Below are positions 8,829 through 17,902 of a stretch of 64,000 nucleotides of DNA, piece after piece. Below the pieces are notes generated by a model that worked only from the letters and a program-made list of their open reading frames with translations, was not told the DNA's origin and did no database searches. The stretch lies in contig JAEOTC010000077.1 in assembly GCA_016840035.1 (NCBI GenBank), forward strand, positions 20,053-84,052, in the 5' to 3' direction. The DNA is from Candidatus Hodarchaeota archaeon (GTDB taxonomy: Archaea; Asgardarchaeota; Heimdallarchaeia; Hodarchaeales; Hodarchaeaceae). The translations under genes were made by a program, and so were the position numbers. Positions within the stretch are counted from its first letter, which is position 1. Each line of letters begins with the position of its first letter.

Positions 8829-10451
8829 TTATTCTGGCCAATCCTTGACATCATGTCGACCTTTTATGATCTGAATCAATTGATTAAAGCAGAGAATTGC
8901 TAATGCGATTACAAAAAGCATGATTCCTAAATCCATAACAATTGGTAACCAATTTCCAAAACCAAATAGCTCCTGTGCTTTCCAAAAGGCTGCTACATCT
9001 TCAAACATGCCAAGAGATAATGGATCAGAAGGAGTAATACTATCTGCCCAAGCTAGATCAAAGTGTGGAAAATATAGGTAGATAGCACCAAGACCAAATG
9101 CCACAACACTTCCTGCAAGGAATAACCAACCCATTACATTTCTGATTGATCCCTTTATATCGAGTACATCAATTAGAAGTAACACCAACATGATTGCAGA
9201 AAGGGTAGCTAAAATGTGCCAATGACCGCGAGCTACAGTCGTTTCAACTGCTAATGGACCCTCTCTAAAGGCAGGTATTTTCAGTATTTCTGTAAAAGGG
9301 GATGGATCATCACCACCTCGAAGACTGAGTGCAAGGAAAATTCCACCAAAAGTCATAACAAAATTGACCCAAATAAAATGGAAATAGAGAGAAAATCTCA
9401 CAGGATCCTTGAAAATGGCTTTAACCTTGGTAGACGATGAGGAAGAATCATAGTCTCCACCAAGGAACTCTTTACTTAATTTTTTCCAACCAGTTAAGGC
9501 CAAAATTAAGCCAACTGTTACAAGAATTGCAGATCCTGCATATATCAAATAATGCATATCAAATGGGTAACTAATTATTTCGTTAAAAGTAACAGCCCAT
9601 GACCCAATTGACATGATTAACATACCAGGTATTGCTAAGGCCATAGATAATCCATACCATTTTCCTTTTTGATCTTGTACAGTATATCGATATACAACTA
9701 ATAAAATAATTACATCGATAAGCGCAAGCATGATATGCAAGTGTGCTTTTACCGCATCCACTAATACATGATCATATTCAAGTGCATATGTTTCAATTAC
9801 CTCTGGACGGAGAAAATATTCAGCTAATAGTGGTATCATGCCATTTCCAAAGAAAGACCCGATTACTCCACCAAGAATGACACTAAGTAGAATACAAACC
9901 GTAAGAAGGGTTACCGCATATTGGCCAAGAAGAATATTCCGTCTATTTTCCGCATCACGTTTTGGGAATGAACCCGTTGGAAAAACACCTAGTAATAGCA
10001 TAATTCCTGCATAGAAACAAAGAGAAAGTCCAACAAGGTAAAAACCGTGGAAAATCCATCCCTTGGGATCTATATAGGCAAATATTATACCACTTCCTGA
10101 AGCAAAAATACTACCAATGAACAATGGCCATTTAACCCGTGTTTTGAATTTTTCACGGACATCCATGAACATTAGTACAAAATATGTACATACTGCAACC
10201 ACTGGTACAGCTATACTGTGGTAAAGGATAATAATTCGTCCTGCTCTATCTACAAAATCATCTGATAGCTCAATAGGCAATAGAGGTTTTCCAAAAATGA
10301 GTTTTATGGGTTCAGAAAATGTAGAGAGGAATAAAATTATTACAAAGAGCCACACAAGGGTAAACGTTATCATTCCTTTGTAAGTCGCGCCATAGTTAAT
10401 TTTTCTTTTCAACCAATCGGTTTTTGAATCAGTAGTATCTACTGTATCCAT
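8829..10451 (-). CDS. uncharacterised 12-TM membrane protein with duplicated H-x-H helix motif
   Basis: About 12 hydrophobic helices by eye. Conserved-looking histidines in LYHS, KAHLHIMLALIDV, LYFHF and RGHWHILATLSAIML. It sits 22 nt upstream of CtaB-like paralog 1 on the same strand. Confidence 0.6.
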   Translation of the reverse strand: MDTVDTTDSKTDWLKRKINYGATYKGMITFTLVWLFVIILFLSTFSEPIKLIFGKPLLPIELSDDFVDRAGRIIILYHSIAVPVVAVCTYFVLMFMDVREKFKTRVKWPLFIGSIFASGSGIIFAYIDPKGWIFHGFYLVGLSLCFYAGIMLLLGVFPTGSFPKRDAENRRNILLGQYAVTLLTVCILLSVILGGVIGSFFGNGMIPLLAEYFLRPEVIETYALEYDHVLVDAVKAHLHIMLALIDVIILLVVYRYTVQDQKGKWYGLSMALAIPGMLIMSIGSWAVTFNEIISYPFDMHYLIYAGSAILVTVGLILALTGWKKLSKEFLGGDYDSSSSSTKVKAIFKDPVRFSLYFHFIWVNFVMTFGGIFLALSLRGGDDPSPFTEILKIPAFREGPLAVETTVARGHWHILATLSAIMLVLLLIDVLDIKGSIRNVMGWLFLAGSVVAFGLGAIYLYFPHFDLAWADSITPSDPLSLGMFEDVAAFWKAQELFGFGNWLPIVMDLGIMLFVIALAILCFNQLIQIIKGRHDVKDWPE

Positions 10452-10462
10452 TGAAAATCACC

Positions 10463-11149
10463 TTAGAATAGGTTACTAATCACAGGAATGTCAACTTTCC
10501 ATTTCTTGGGTAATCCAATTCCTAGGACAAACAAAACTCCTACTATTAAGAGGAGATAGGGAAGTACATCGAAGACCAAGTTCAATAAGTCTTCATTCCC
10601 TGATCCAACTGTAGCCATAGCTAATAAAACTCCACCAAATGAAATTAATAACCCACCAATTCCAAAGAAAGCACTTGTCCACTCTGTTTCTTTTGTATAC
10701 ACGGTGTATAATGGCAAAAAGGAAATAATTAATCCAGAGGGAATATGAATTGCCATAATAACCATGGAGGCTATATCCAGTTCTAATATACCTAGTTTAA
10801 TTACCGTTAAGAGTGCAATAACGATTAACGCGTATATGGTATAAAATAATCCATATTGTGTGTCATCGAACACAGCATACAAAAGTCCGACAGCAAGTCC
10901 TGCTGGGATCAATGCAGCTACAGGGGGGACTAATTCGTGACCTATGGCATCTGCCCATCCGAGAAGAATAATTATCACTCCCGAGACGAAAAGTACTAAG
11001 AAACTAATAGCCCATGCCAAGTGATATGGTTTTTTAGATACCAAATATTCCTTTAATAGGAGGAGGGCTAATACGATTGCCACCACACCTACTACTAGAA
11101 GCACAATTGCTCCAATCATATCTGTTTCAAGTAATGACATAAATTTCAA
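10463..11149 (-). CDS. uncharacterised about-7-TM membrane protein
   Basis: 228 aa and almost entirely hydrophobic helices. There is an 11-nt gap to the downstream 12-TM gene on the same strand. Confidence 0.55.
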   Translation of the reverse strand: MKFMSLLETDMIGAIVLLVVGVVAIVLALLLLKEYLVSKKPYHLAWAISFLVLFVSGVIIILLGWADAIGHELVPPVAALIPAGLAVGLLYAVFDDTQYGLFYTIYALIVIALLTVIKLGILELDIASMVIMAIHIPSGLIISFLPLYTVYTKETEWTSAFFGIGGLLISFGGVLLAMATVGSGNEDLLNLVFDVLPYLLLIVGVLFVLGIGLPKKWKVDIPVISNLF

Positions 11150-11315
11150 CTCAATTTCTAATTTAGATCTTTCTTTTACTAATGAAAGTCTGATTTTGTG
11201 AAAGATTTAAACTATCAAGCTTTATCCACAAGAATTCGTGTTTATAATATTCCTGCCAATAGAAGAAACAGGTAACAATTCAGAATAAAGTTTTTGCGAA
11301 TAAAAAAATTAGCAC

Positions 11316-11331
11316 CTTACTAAATAGTAAG
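11316..11331. promoter_or_regulatory. 7-2-7 inverted repeat, candidate operator in divergent promoter region
   Basis: CTTACTA-AA-TAGTAAG lies in the 328-bp region between the membrane operon (start 11149) and the HxlR gene (11478). Confidence 0.25.
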
Positions 11332-11477
11332 TAAATCTAACATTTCTTTTGTCCGAAAACCTTGATAACAAAAAACAAGCAGATTATATTAGAGTAAGCA
11401 ACTAACTTATCTTGATATCCTTATTATATTCCATTTTAATTGTGTAAATAGCAACGATTTCTGCTGGATGTGCTAGT

Positions 11478-11918
11478 TTGAACGAAGAAAAAATGGAAGA
11501 ATGTGCCGCAAGCCTAGCAATGAAAATCTTAGGCCGTAAATGGACACTGTATATTATTTGTGAGCTTCTGATGTGCCAAGAATTATATTTTAGTCAATTA
11601 CAAGAACAAATTCAAGGCCATTATAATGAAAAGATCTCTGCACGAGTCCTATCAGAAAGTCTGAGTCGTTTAGAAGAAAATGGAGTCGTTAATAGAACTG
11701 TCCATAGTGAAAGCATGCCGATTCGAGTGGGGTATTCCTTAACTGCAAAAGGTGATGATTTTGCAGTTATTTTTAGTGCATTGAAGGGTTGGGGAATCAA
11801 ATGGGGCGGAGTGACAGTCAAAAAATGTAAATCTTTTGCTTGTATTCATAATGCTGTTCCCGTTATTGATATTGATGCTGCTAAAGAGCTTTTCCAAATC
11901 GGGGAATGCAACGACTAA
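11478..11918 (+). CDS. HxlR-family winged-helix transcriptional regulator
   Basis: CAASLAMKILGRKWTLYIICEL...RVLSESLSRLEENGVVNR is typical of the HxlR signature. The start is possibly the ATG at 11493. Confidence 0.8.
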   Translation: MNEEKMEECAASLAMKILGRKWTLYIICELLMCQELYFSQLQEQIQGHYNEKISARVLSESLSRLEENGVVNRTVHSESMPIRVGYSLTAKGDDFAVIFSALKGWGIKWGGVTVKKCKSFACIHNAVPVIDIDAAKELFQIGECND

Positions 11919-12086
11919 TTGAAAAAAAGGAAGTCTGTCGGCCATTTAAGACGGACAGAGATTATCCCGAAACCAGTTTTAAAATTCGTCCTAATCTTTG
12001 AGTAACCCATAATTTTGTAGTCATTATAGTTAAAATAAATATTTCACACTAGTGAGTAAAGAAAGCGTTAGGAAGGTGAATACGAA

Positions 12087-12479
12087 ATGAAGCAAAAATT
12101 TCCATTTAAAACAGACTATATGTATTTCCAGTATCATGTTCTAGATATAGAAAGAGCAAGAGATTTTTATGTGAACACTTTTGATTTTAAAGTAGCTTGG
12201 GACGGAGGTAAGGAGGTTGGTTGGTGTGAACTTGATCTTCCCGTAAAAGGAACTAGATTAGGACTAAATCTTCTCCCTGAAGGATCTAAATTTGTATCAG
12301 GTTCGGGAGTTTTATCTTTCGAAGTAACTGACTTAGATAAAGCCAGAGAAATTCTAAAGGAGAAAGGAGTTCCTTCTGATGAAATTATCGATATACCAGA
12401 ACTCGTATCATATTTTAATGCTGTTGATTCTGAGGGGAATAAAATCCAATTTGTAGGAGAACCACGAATTAAAGAATAA
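12087..12479 (+). CDS. VOC/glyoxalase-family protein
   Basis: FQYHVLDIERARDFYVNTFDFKV matches the N-terminal beta-alpha-beta-beta-beta module pattern. Size 130 aa. Confidence 0.7.
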   Translation: MKQKFPFKTDYMYFQYHVLDIERARDFYVNTFDFKVAWDGGKEVGWCELDLPVKGTRLGLNLLPEGSKFVSGSGVLSFEVTDLDKAREILKEKGVPSDEIIDIPELVSYFNAVDSEGNKIQFVGEPRIKE

Positions 12480-12481
12480 AC

Positions 12482-12964
12482 TTATTCTTTTCGAATCTTT
12501 TGTTGGGCAAGCATCGCTGATTGAACTATGGGTTTATACCCCGTGCACCTACAAAGGTGTTTTTCGAGAGCTTTATTGATATCTTCTTTTCCTACTTCAG
12601 GGTTCGCATTAAAAAGCGCATACAACTCCATAATATATCCAGGAGTGCAGAATCCACATTGAACCCCTGTGGCTTCAATAAATGCTTCCTGAATTGCATG
12701 AAGAGAGAAGTCACTTGATATACCCTCAATAGTAACAATATTAGCATTTTCCAGTTTTCTAGCTTTAGTAATGCAACTTTTCACAGCTTTACCATTAACA
12801 ACGACGGTACAGGCTCCACAATGACCCTGTTTGCATCCATTTTTTGTACCTGTTAGATTTAGCTTCTCACGAAGAATGTCAAGTAACGAATCAGAAGGCT
12901 CTACTTCAAATGTATACGCTTTTTTATTAACGATTATATTTAGTTCCATTTCATTCTCCTCCAT
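12482..12964 (-). CDS. [2Fe-2S]-binding small subunit of a xanthine dehydrogenase/aldehyde oxidoreductase-family molybdoenzyme
   Basis: GCKQGHCGACTV (plant-type cluster), and QCGFCTPG with CRCTGY (second cluster). It overlaps the large-subunit stop by 14 nt. Confidence 0.9.
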   Translation of the reverse strand: MEENEMELNIIVNKKAYTFEVEPSDSLLDILREKLNLTGTKNGCKQGHCGACTVVVNGKAVKSCITKARKLENANIVTIEGISSDFSLHAIQEAFIEATGVQCGFCTPGYIMELYALFNANPEVGKEDINKALEKHLCRCTGYKPIVQSAMLAQQKIRKE

Positions 12965-15284
12965 TCCTTAATAATTCAAGCATCCGTTCTGTAGTTACCG
13001 GTATGCTTGTTAATGAAATTCCTGTTGCTCTTTGAATTGCATTTAAGATGACAGAAGGGGGACCTATAGCTGGATGTTCAGCAATTGGTCGTGCACCAAA
13101 GGGGCCATCGGGTTGAGGTGTTTCGATAAAGATACAACTATATTTTTCAGGCATATCAGAAAGTCTGGGGATGGCATATTTACGTAAATTCGTTGTAATC
13201 ATGTTACCTGACTCATCATATTCGATTTTCTCTTTTAATGCCTGACCAATACCTTGCATTACCCCTCCAGTAATTTGTCCCTCTGCTAAAGCGGGATTAA
13301 TGATTTTTCCAGCATCTAAAGCCGTAACAAAGTGTAAAATACTGATTTTTCCAGTTGTTTTATTGATTTTAAGGTCTACTCCTTGACTCCCATATGTCCA
13401 CTCGTAAGGCTGATACTGACCCGTCTCTAAATCTGGGAAAGTAACATTACGAACAACTGATGAACCAGTACTCAGAATCGGATTTCCCAAGGTATGTCCA
13501 TCTGGGTACTGATAACCTAAAACTAGTTCTTTAAGACTAAGTGTTTTATCCTGATAACTTACTCTCGTCCCATTATAAACAATATCATTTAAGGAACAAT
13601 TCCACACTTCAGCAGCATTTGTTTTAAACTTTTTAATGGCTTCTTCACATGCTATAATGATTGCATTTCCAACTCGCATGGTTGTCATACTTGCAACCGT
13701 CTGCCATTCATATGGGGTCAGTTGTGTGTTGATCTCATAATTTATCCGTATTCGTTCTACTGGAATATGTAGAGTTTGAGATGCAATTTGAGCAAGAACG
13801 GTTAAACAACCTTGACCCATTTCTACACCACCAATCGAGATATTAACCGTTAAATCCTCATTAAATTTTAAAAATACAGTTGAGGATGCATTTGCTGTTT
13901 GAACAGGTGATTTTATTAGTCCAACTACTGCACGACCGTAAAAATACTCTTCATCCTCCGGAGGTAGAGAAGTTTCATTCAATTTTGCCACTGTTTGAGT
14001 GAAGCACTTTCTAATATCCCCATTATGTCTAGTAACGATTTGACCTAGTGAATTCGTGTCACCATGTTGTAAAAAGTTCTTCATTCTCAGTTGATTAGGA
14101 TTCATATCCAATTTTAGAGCGATTTTATCGATTAAACGTTCAACCATGAATTGTCCTTCGGGATGGCCATATCCACGAAATGCTCCGACAGGGGTTGAGT
14201 TAGTATACACTCCAAAAGACTTGAGATTGCAATTGGGGAAATAATAGGGGCCAACACAGTTATGACCTCCCGCTAATACAACATTACAACCTGTATCTCC
14301 ATAAGCACCATCAGAATAATATTGTGTGGCTTCTATTCCAACGAGGGTACCGTCACTTTTCGCTCCTAACTTCATGAATCCCTTCATTCCACGTCCCAAT
14401 ACTGATCCAATAAATACTTCTTTTCGAGTTAGAACAAATTTGACGTGATAACCTGGGACTAATTTTGCAGCGAGTGTAACAAGTGGTTCAATAGTATAAT
14501 CACTCTTTCCACCAAAACCCCCTCCAAGATACGGGATATGAATGTGAAGTTTCGTCATTTGTTTAATATCGAAGTAGTCTGAGAGAACCTCCCTTAACAC
14601 AAAGGGGGCCTGTGAGCTACTCCATACATGGATGTCTCCTGTATGATCCCAGCGTGCAATAGCACCATGAGGTTCGATAGCTGCGTGATTCATAAGTGGA
14701 TACTCGAATTCATCTTCAACTATAATCTCGGCATCCTTAAAAACTTCTTCATGGTCACCTTTTTTCAATTGGTACATGTAAAAGACGTTTGATTTTGGAA
14801 TAGGAACAAAAGTAGGTACGTGACGATAGTTTCCATTCTGTTCATGAATAAGGGGAGCGTTTGGATCTGCTGCTTCAATGGCATCCAATACAAAAGGTAA
14901 TTCTTCTAAGTTCACATCAATTTCCTTAATCGCAACTAGTGCTTGGCTTTCAGTTTCTGCAATAACAACAGCTATAACCTCTCCCGCATGTCTTACTTTA
15001 TCAATAGCAATTGGGGGTTGATCAAAAATACAAGTGCCGAATAAATGGTTTTTATCCAAACCTAAAGACTTGCCTGTAAATACTTTATGAACTCCAGGCA
15101 TTTTTTCCGCGTTGTCTATATTTATTGAGTTAATGATCGCATGAGGCACCTTTGCTCTTAATACCTTCATTATTAATGTTCGTGGAAATCGTAAATCATC
15201 AATAAATAAAGCTGTGCCCGTAACTTTTTCCTTTGCATCCGCTCTTGGAATATTGGTCCCTACTACTTTGCCATACAACTTCAA
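12951..15284 (-). CDS. molybdopterin-binding large subunit of a xanthine dehydrogenase/aldehyde oxidoreductase-family enzyme
   Basis: 777 aa. Motifs GGGFGGK, FRGYGHPEG and a C-terminal ...GARPIAEHP glutamate context. No FAD (CoxM-type) subunit gene is adjacent. Confidence 0.9.
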   Translation of the reverse strand: MKLYGKVVGTNIPRADAKEKVTGTALFIDDLRFPRTLIMKVLRAKVPHAIINSINIDNAEKMPGVHKVFTGKSLGLDKNHLFGTCIFDQPPIAIDKVRHAGEVIAVVIAETESQALVAIKEIDVNLEELPFVLDAIEAADPNAPLIHEQNGNYRHVPTFVPIPKSNVFYMYQLKKGDHEEVFKDAEIIVEDEFEYPLMNHAAIEPHGAIARWDHTGDIHVWSSSQAPFVLREVLSDYFDIKQMTKLHIHIPYLGGGFGGKSDYTIEPLVTLAAKLVPGYHVKFVLTRKEVFIGSVLGRGMKGFMKLGAKSDGTLVGIEATQYYSDGAYGDTGCNVVLAGGHNCVGPYYFPNCNLKSFGVYTNSTPVGAFRGYGHPEGQFMVERLIDKIALKLDMNPNQLRMKNFLQHGDTNSLGQIVTRHNGDIRKCFTQTVAKLNETSLPPEDEEYFYGRAVVGLIKSPVQTANASSTVFLKFNEDLTVNISIGGVEMGQGCLTVLAQIASQTLHIPVERIRINYEINTQLTPYEWQTVASMTTMRVGNAIIIACEEAIKKFKTNAAEVWNCSLNDIVYNGTRVSYQDKTLSLKELVLGYQYPDGHTLGNPILSTGSSVVRNVTFPDLETGQYQPYEWTYGSQGVDLKINKTTGKISILHFVTALDAGKIINPALAEGQITGGVMQGIGQALKEKIEYDESGNMITTNLRKYAIPRLSDMPEKYSCIFIETPQPDGPFGARPIAEHPAIGPPSVILNAIQRATGISLTSIPVTTERMLELLRNGGE

Positions 15285-15465
15285 TTACCAAAAGAGAAAA
15301 AGATCATCATCTGTAAAAAAACTTGTTTCTGAATGTTAATGAGACTATAATGGTTTGTCAATCCCTCCAGTTAGGGAAAAGTAAAAATTTTCAGGCAAAT
15401 CTATGAGGAAAAGAATCCCTCAGCACATACTTGAGTTGATTTTAATCATGACTGGCTTGAATACC

Positions 15466-17370
15466 ATGAAAATAGGAATAATTGATTTAAGTACGGGTAA
15501 AATAGGTTTTGAAGAATTTTCATTCGAGAATATAAAATTTAAGAACTATTTAGGTGGTGAGGGGGTGGTTATTGATTATCTTCTAAGAAATATGCCGATT
15601 GAATGTGATCCTTTATCTCCTGATAATCATCTGTGTTTTATTACTGGTCTTCTAAGTGCAACAAAAGTTCCGTTTTCTGGTAGATTTACTGTCGTATGTA
15701 AATCCCCTCTCACAGGAGGTTGGGGCGAAGCTAATTCTGGTGGTCGGTTTGGACCAGAATTACGAAAGACAGGATTTGATTCTCTGATAATCAAAGGTAA
15801 ATCTAAACAATTGTCTATTATTGTTGTTATGGATAACAAAATAGAAATTAAATCGGCAGAAGACCTCAAAGGGAAGGATTGTGTCGAAACTGAAGAAGCT
15901 CTAAAGGACACATATGGTAAGAAATGTCAAATTGCCAGTATTGGATTAGCTGGAGAAAATATGGTTCTAATTTCAGGAATAGTCACAGATAAAGGCCGAA
16001 TTGCAGCTCGGAGTGGTGTTGGGGCAGTAATGGGCTCAAAAAACCTTAAAGCTATCGTAGCAAAAGGAAATAAACCAATTTACGTTGCAGATCCCTCTGG
16101 TCTCAATGAACTCAGGAAATTAGTTAATAAACGCATCAATAAAGGCATTAGTCCTCTTCTAAAACCAGGATTAAAAGCCTCTACTGCTTTTGCTCCCTGG
16201 ATTAGACGATTCGGAATTAAGAACTATGGTTCAATGAGTCCGAGTAATATGATAATAGAAGGTTATCGTAGATGGGGAACTTGTGCGGGACCTGCTATCG
16301 CCGTTGAAACCGGGGATGCCCCAATAAAAAACTGGAAGGGCTCATACCTTGATTTTCCTCTTAAGAAAAGCACTAAAATTACTGGTGATAATGTTACAAA
16401 GTATCAAATTAAAAACTATGGCTGTCACAGTTGCCCTATGGCCTGTGGGGGAATAATGAGATATTCAAATGAGAATTTTACCCTCGAAGAAACACACAAA
16501 CCCGAATATGAGACTCTAATCATGCTTGGAGCAAATTTGTTAAACGATGATCTTGGTTCGATATATCAATTGAATGATTACTGTAATCGTCAGGGTTTGG
16601 ATACTATTGCTTCTGGAGGGGTCCTAGCATTTATTATTGAAATGTTAGAAAAAAAAGAAATTGCACAAGAACAACTTGGTGGCCTAAATCCAGTTTGGGG
16701 AGATCCTACAGACTATTTAGCTATCCTGAAATTAATTACTAAGAGAAAAGGCCTTGGAGAAGTTTTCGCAGATGGTTTCATCCGTGCTACTGAGAAATTC
16801 CCTACTACCTCAGGAGTACATATTCAGAACCAAGCTCTTCCTGCTCATGATCCACGATTTTCTAATAGTCTTTTGCTTTCCTATAGATTAGATCCCGCAC
16901 CGGGAAGACATACCCCATTCATGGAATTAATGATCGATCTAGCAAAATTCAGTCAAATGTTTCCTGAGCTTCCTAAAAACAAGCGTATATCCAATTTTTA
17001 TTGCTATCACAAAACAGTTTCCACTTTAGGTTTGTGTCAGTTTAGTTTACTCACTGGAAATTTTCCTGTCCTTGAATTTGTGAACTTAATTACAGGGTTT
17101 AACCTGTCAATTGAAGATCTCATAATGATCGGCGAGAGGATTCTTAATTTAAAGCATATTTTTAATTTACGGGCAGGAATAAATCCTCTCGATTATAAAC
17201 TTCCCTCTAGAGCGTTAGAAAAAGCTAATCATGGGCCTAATAAAGCTATATCCAGTAAAGTCGAAAGAGAACTAATTATGGGATTTCTTGAATCTTTAAA
17301 CTGGGACACTAAAACAACCAAACCGAATATTGACCGATTGAAGGCTCTTGGGATTGAGGAATTCAGCTAA
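15466..17370 (+). CDS. aor: tungsten-type aldehyde:ferredoxin oxidoreductase (AOR family)
   Basis: N-terminus MKIGIIDLSTGK.., EANSGGRFG, and the [4Fe-4S] motif CHSCPMAC (CxxCxxxC). The track ORF begins at 15403, but the family-typical start is the ATG at 15466. Confidence 0.9.
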   Translation: MKIGIIDLSTGKIGFEEFSFENIKFKNYLGGEGVVIDYLLRNMPIECDPLSPDNHLCFITGLLSATKVPFSGRFTVVCKSPLTGGWGEANSGGRFGPELRKTGFDSLIIKGKSKQLSIIVVMDNKIEIKSAEDLKGKDCVETEEALKDTYGKKCQIASIGLAGENMVLISGIVTDKGRIAARSGVGAVMGSKNLKAIVAKGNKPIYVADPSGLNELRKLVNKRINKGISPLLKPGLKASTAFAPWIRRFGIKNYGSMSPSNMIIEGYRRWGTCAGPAIAVETGDAPIKNWKGSYLDFPLKKSTKITGDNVTKYQIKNYGCHSCPMACGGIMRYSNENFTLEETHKPEYETLIMLGANLLNDDLGSIYQLNDYCNRQGLDTIASGGVLAFIIEMLEKKEIAQEQLGGLNPVWGDPTDYLAILKLITKRKGLGEVFADGFIRATEKFPTTSGVHIQNQALPAHDPRFSNSLLLSYRLDPAPGRHTPFMELMIDLAKFSQMFPELPKNKRISNFYCYHKTVSTLGLCQFSLLTGNFPVLEFVNLITGFNLSIEDLIMIGERILNLKHIFNLRAGINPLDYKLPSRALEKANHGPNKAISSKVERELIMGFLESLNWDTKTTKPNIDRLKALGIEEFS

Positions 17371-17478
17371 GACTCTTCATTATCCAATCCTTGACTAATT
17401 TCTGTAGTGTAACTCTACTCATTGTTGTCTTTCAATACATCGTAAAGACAGAATCCTTTTGTAATCATCAATTCCACA

Positions 17479-17874
17479 TTGATATTACCTCCAAAATTCG
17501 AATCAGAGACAACTAATTTACACGATTGGTGGAATCTTATGTCTGAAGAAGAATATGTTACGATGATCCACAAATTTAGGGAGAATTTTCTAACTGATAA
17601 AGCAAAAAAAACCTTTAGAAAATGGAATAAAACAATGGCTTTTGAATTTACAGATCTAGAGAAGACATTTTACTTTCTTGTTGAAGCGGGATCTCCCAAT
17701 GAAGTTATAGAAGGAGAACCAGTGAAAGCAGACGTTAAAATTATTACGGATTCCAATACCTGGGTTGGTGTAATGAAGGGAGAAATTGGTGGCATGAAAG
17801 CTTATACCTCTAAGAAACTCAAGGTAAAAGGTAGAATGCCTGATCTTTTAAAACTGCAAAAACTGATGAAATAG
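17479..17874 (+). CDS. SCP2 sterol-carrier-like domain protein
   Basis: C-terminal GEIGGMKAYTSKKLKVKGRMPDLLKLQKL is a typical SCP2 tail. TTG start; an internal ATG start is possible. Confidence 0.65.
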   Translation: MILPPKFESETTNLHDWWNLMSEEEYVTMIHKFRENFLTDKAKKTFRKWNKTMAFEFTDLEKTFYFLVEAGSPNEVIEGEPVKADVKIITDSNTWVGVMKGEIGGMKAYTSKKLKVKGRMPDLLKLQKLMK

Positions 17875-17902
17875 TTACCTATCTATCTCCAATTGATATC
17901 AT

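Noticed and set aside
8829-10451. Calling the 12-TM H-x-H protein a heme-copper oxidase subunit I
   Set aside because: I could not find an equivalent of the GHPEV helix-VI His or the helix-VII HH CuB ligands. There is also no subunit II or cupredoxin gene. Only the size, the TM count and an H-x-H helix are similar. It is kept as an open question rather than an annotation.
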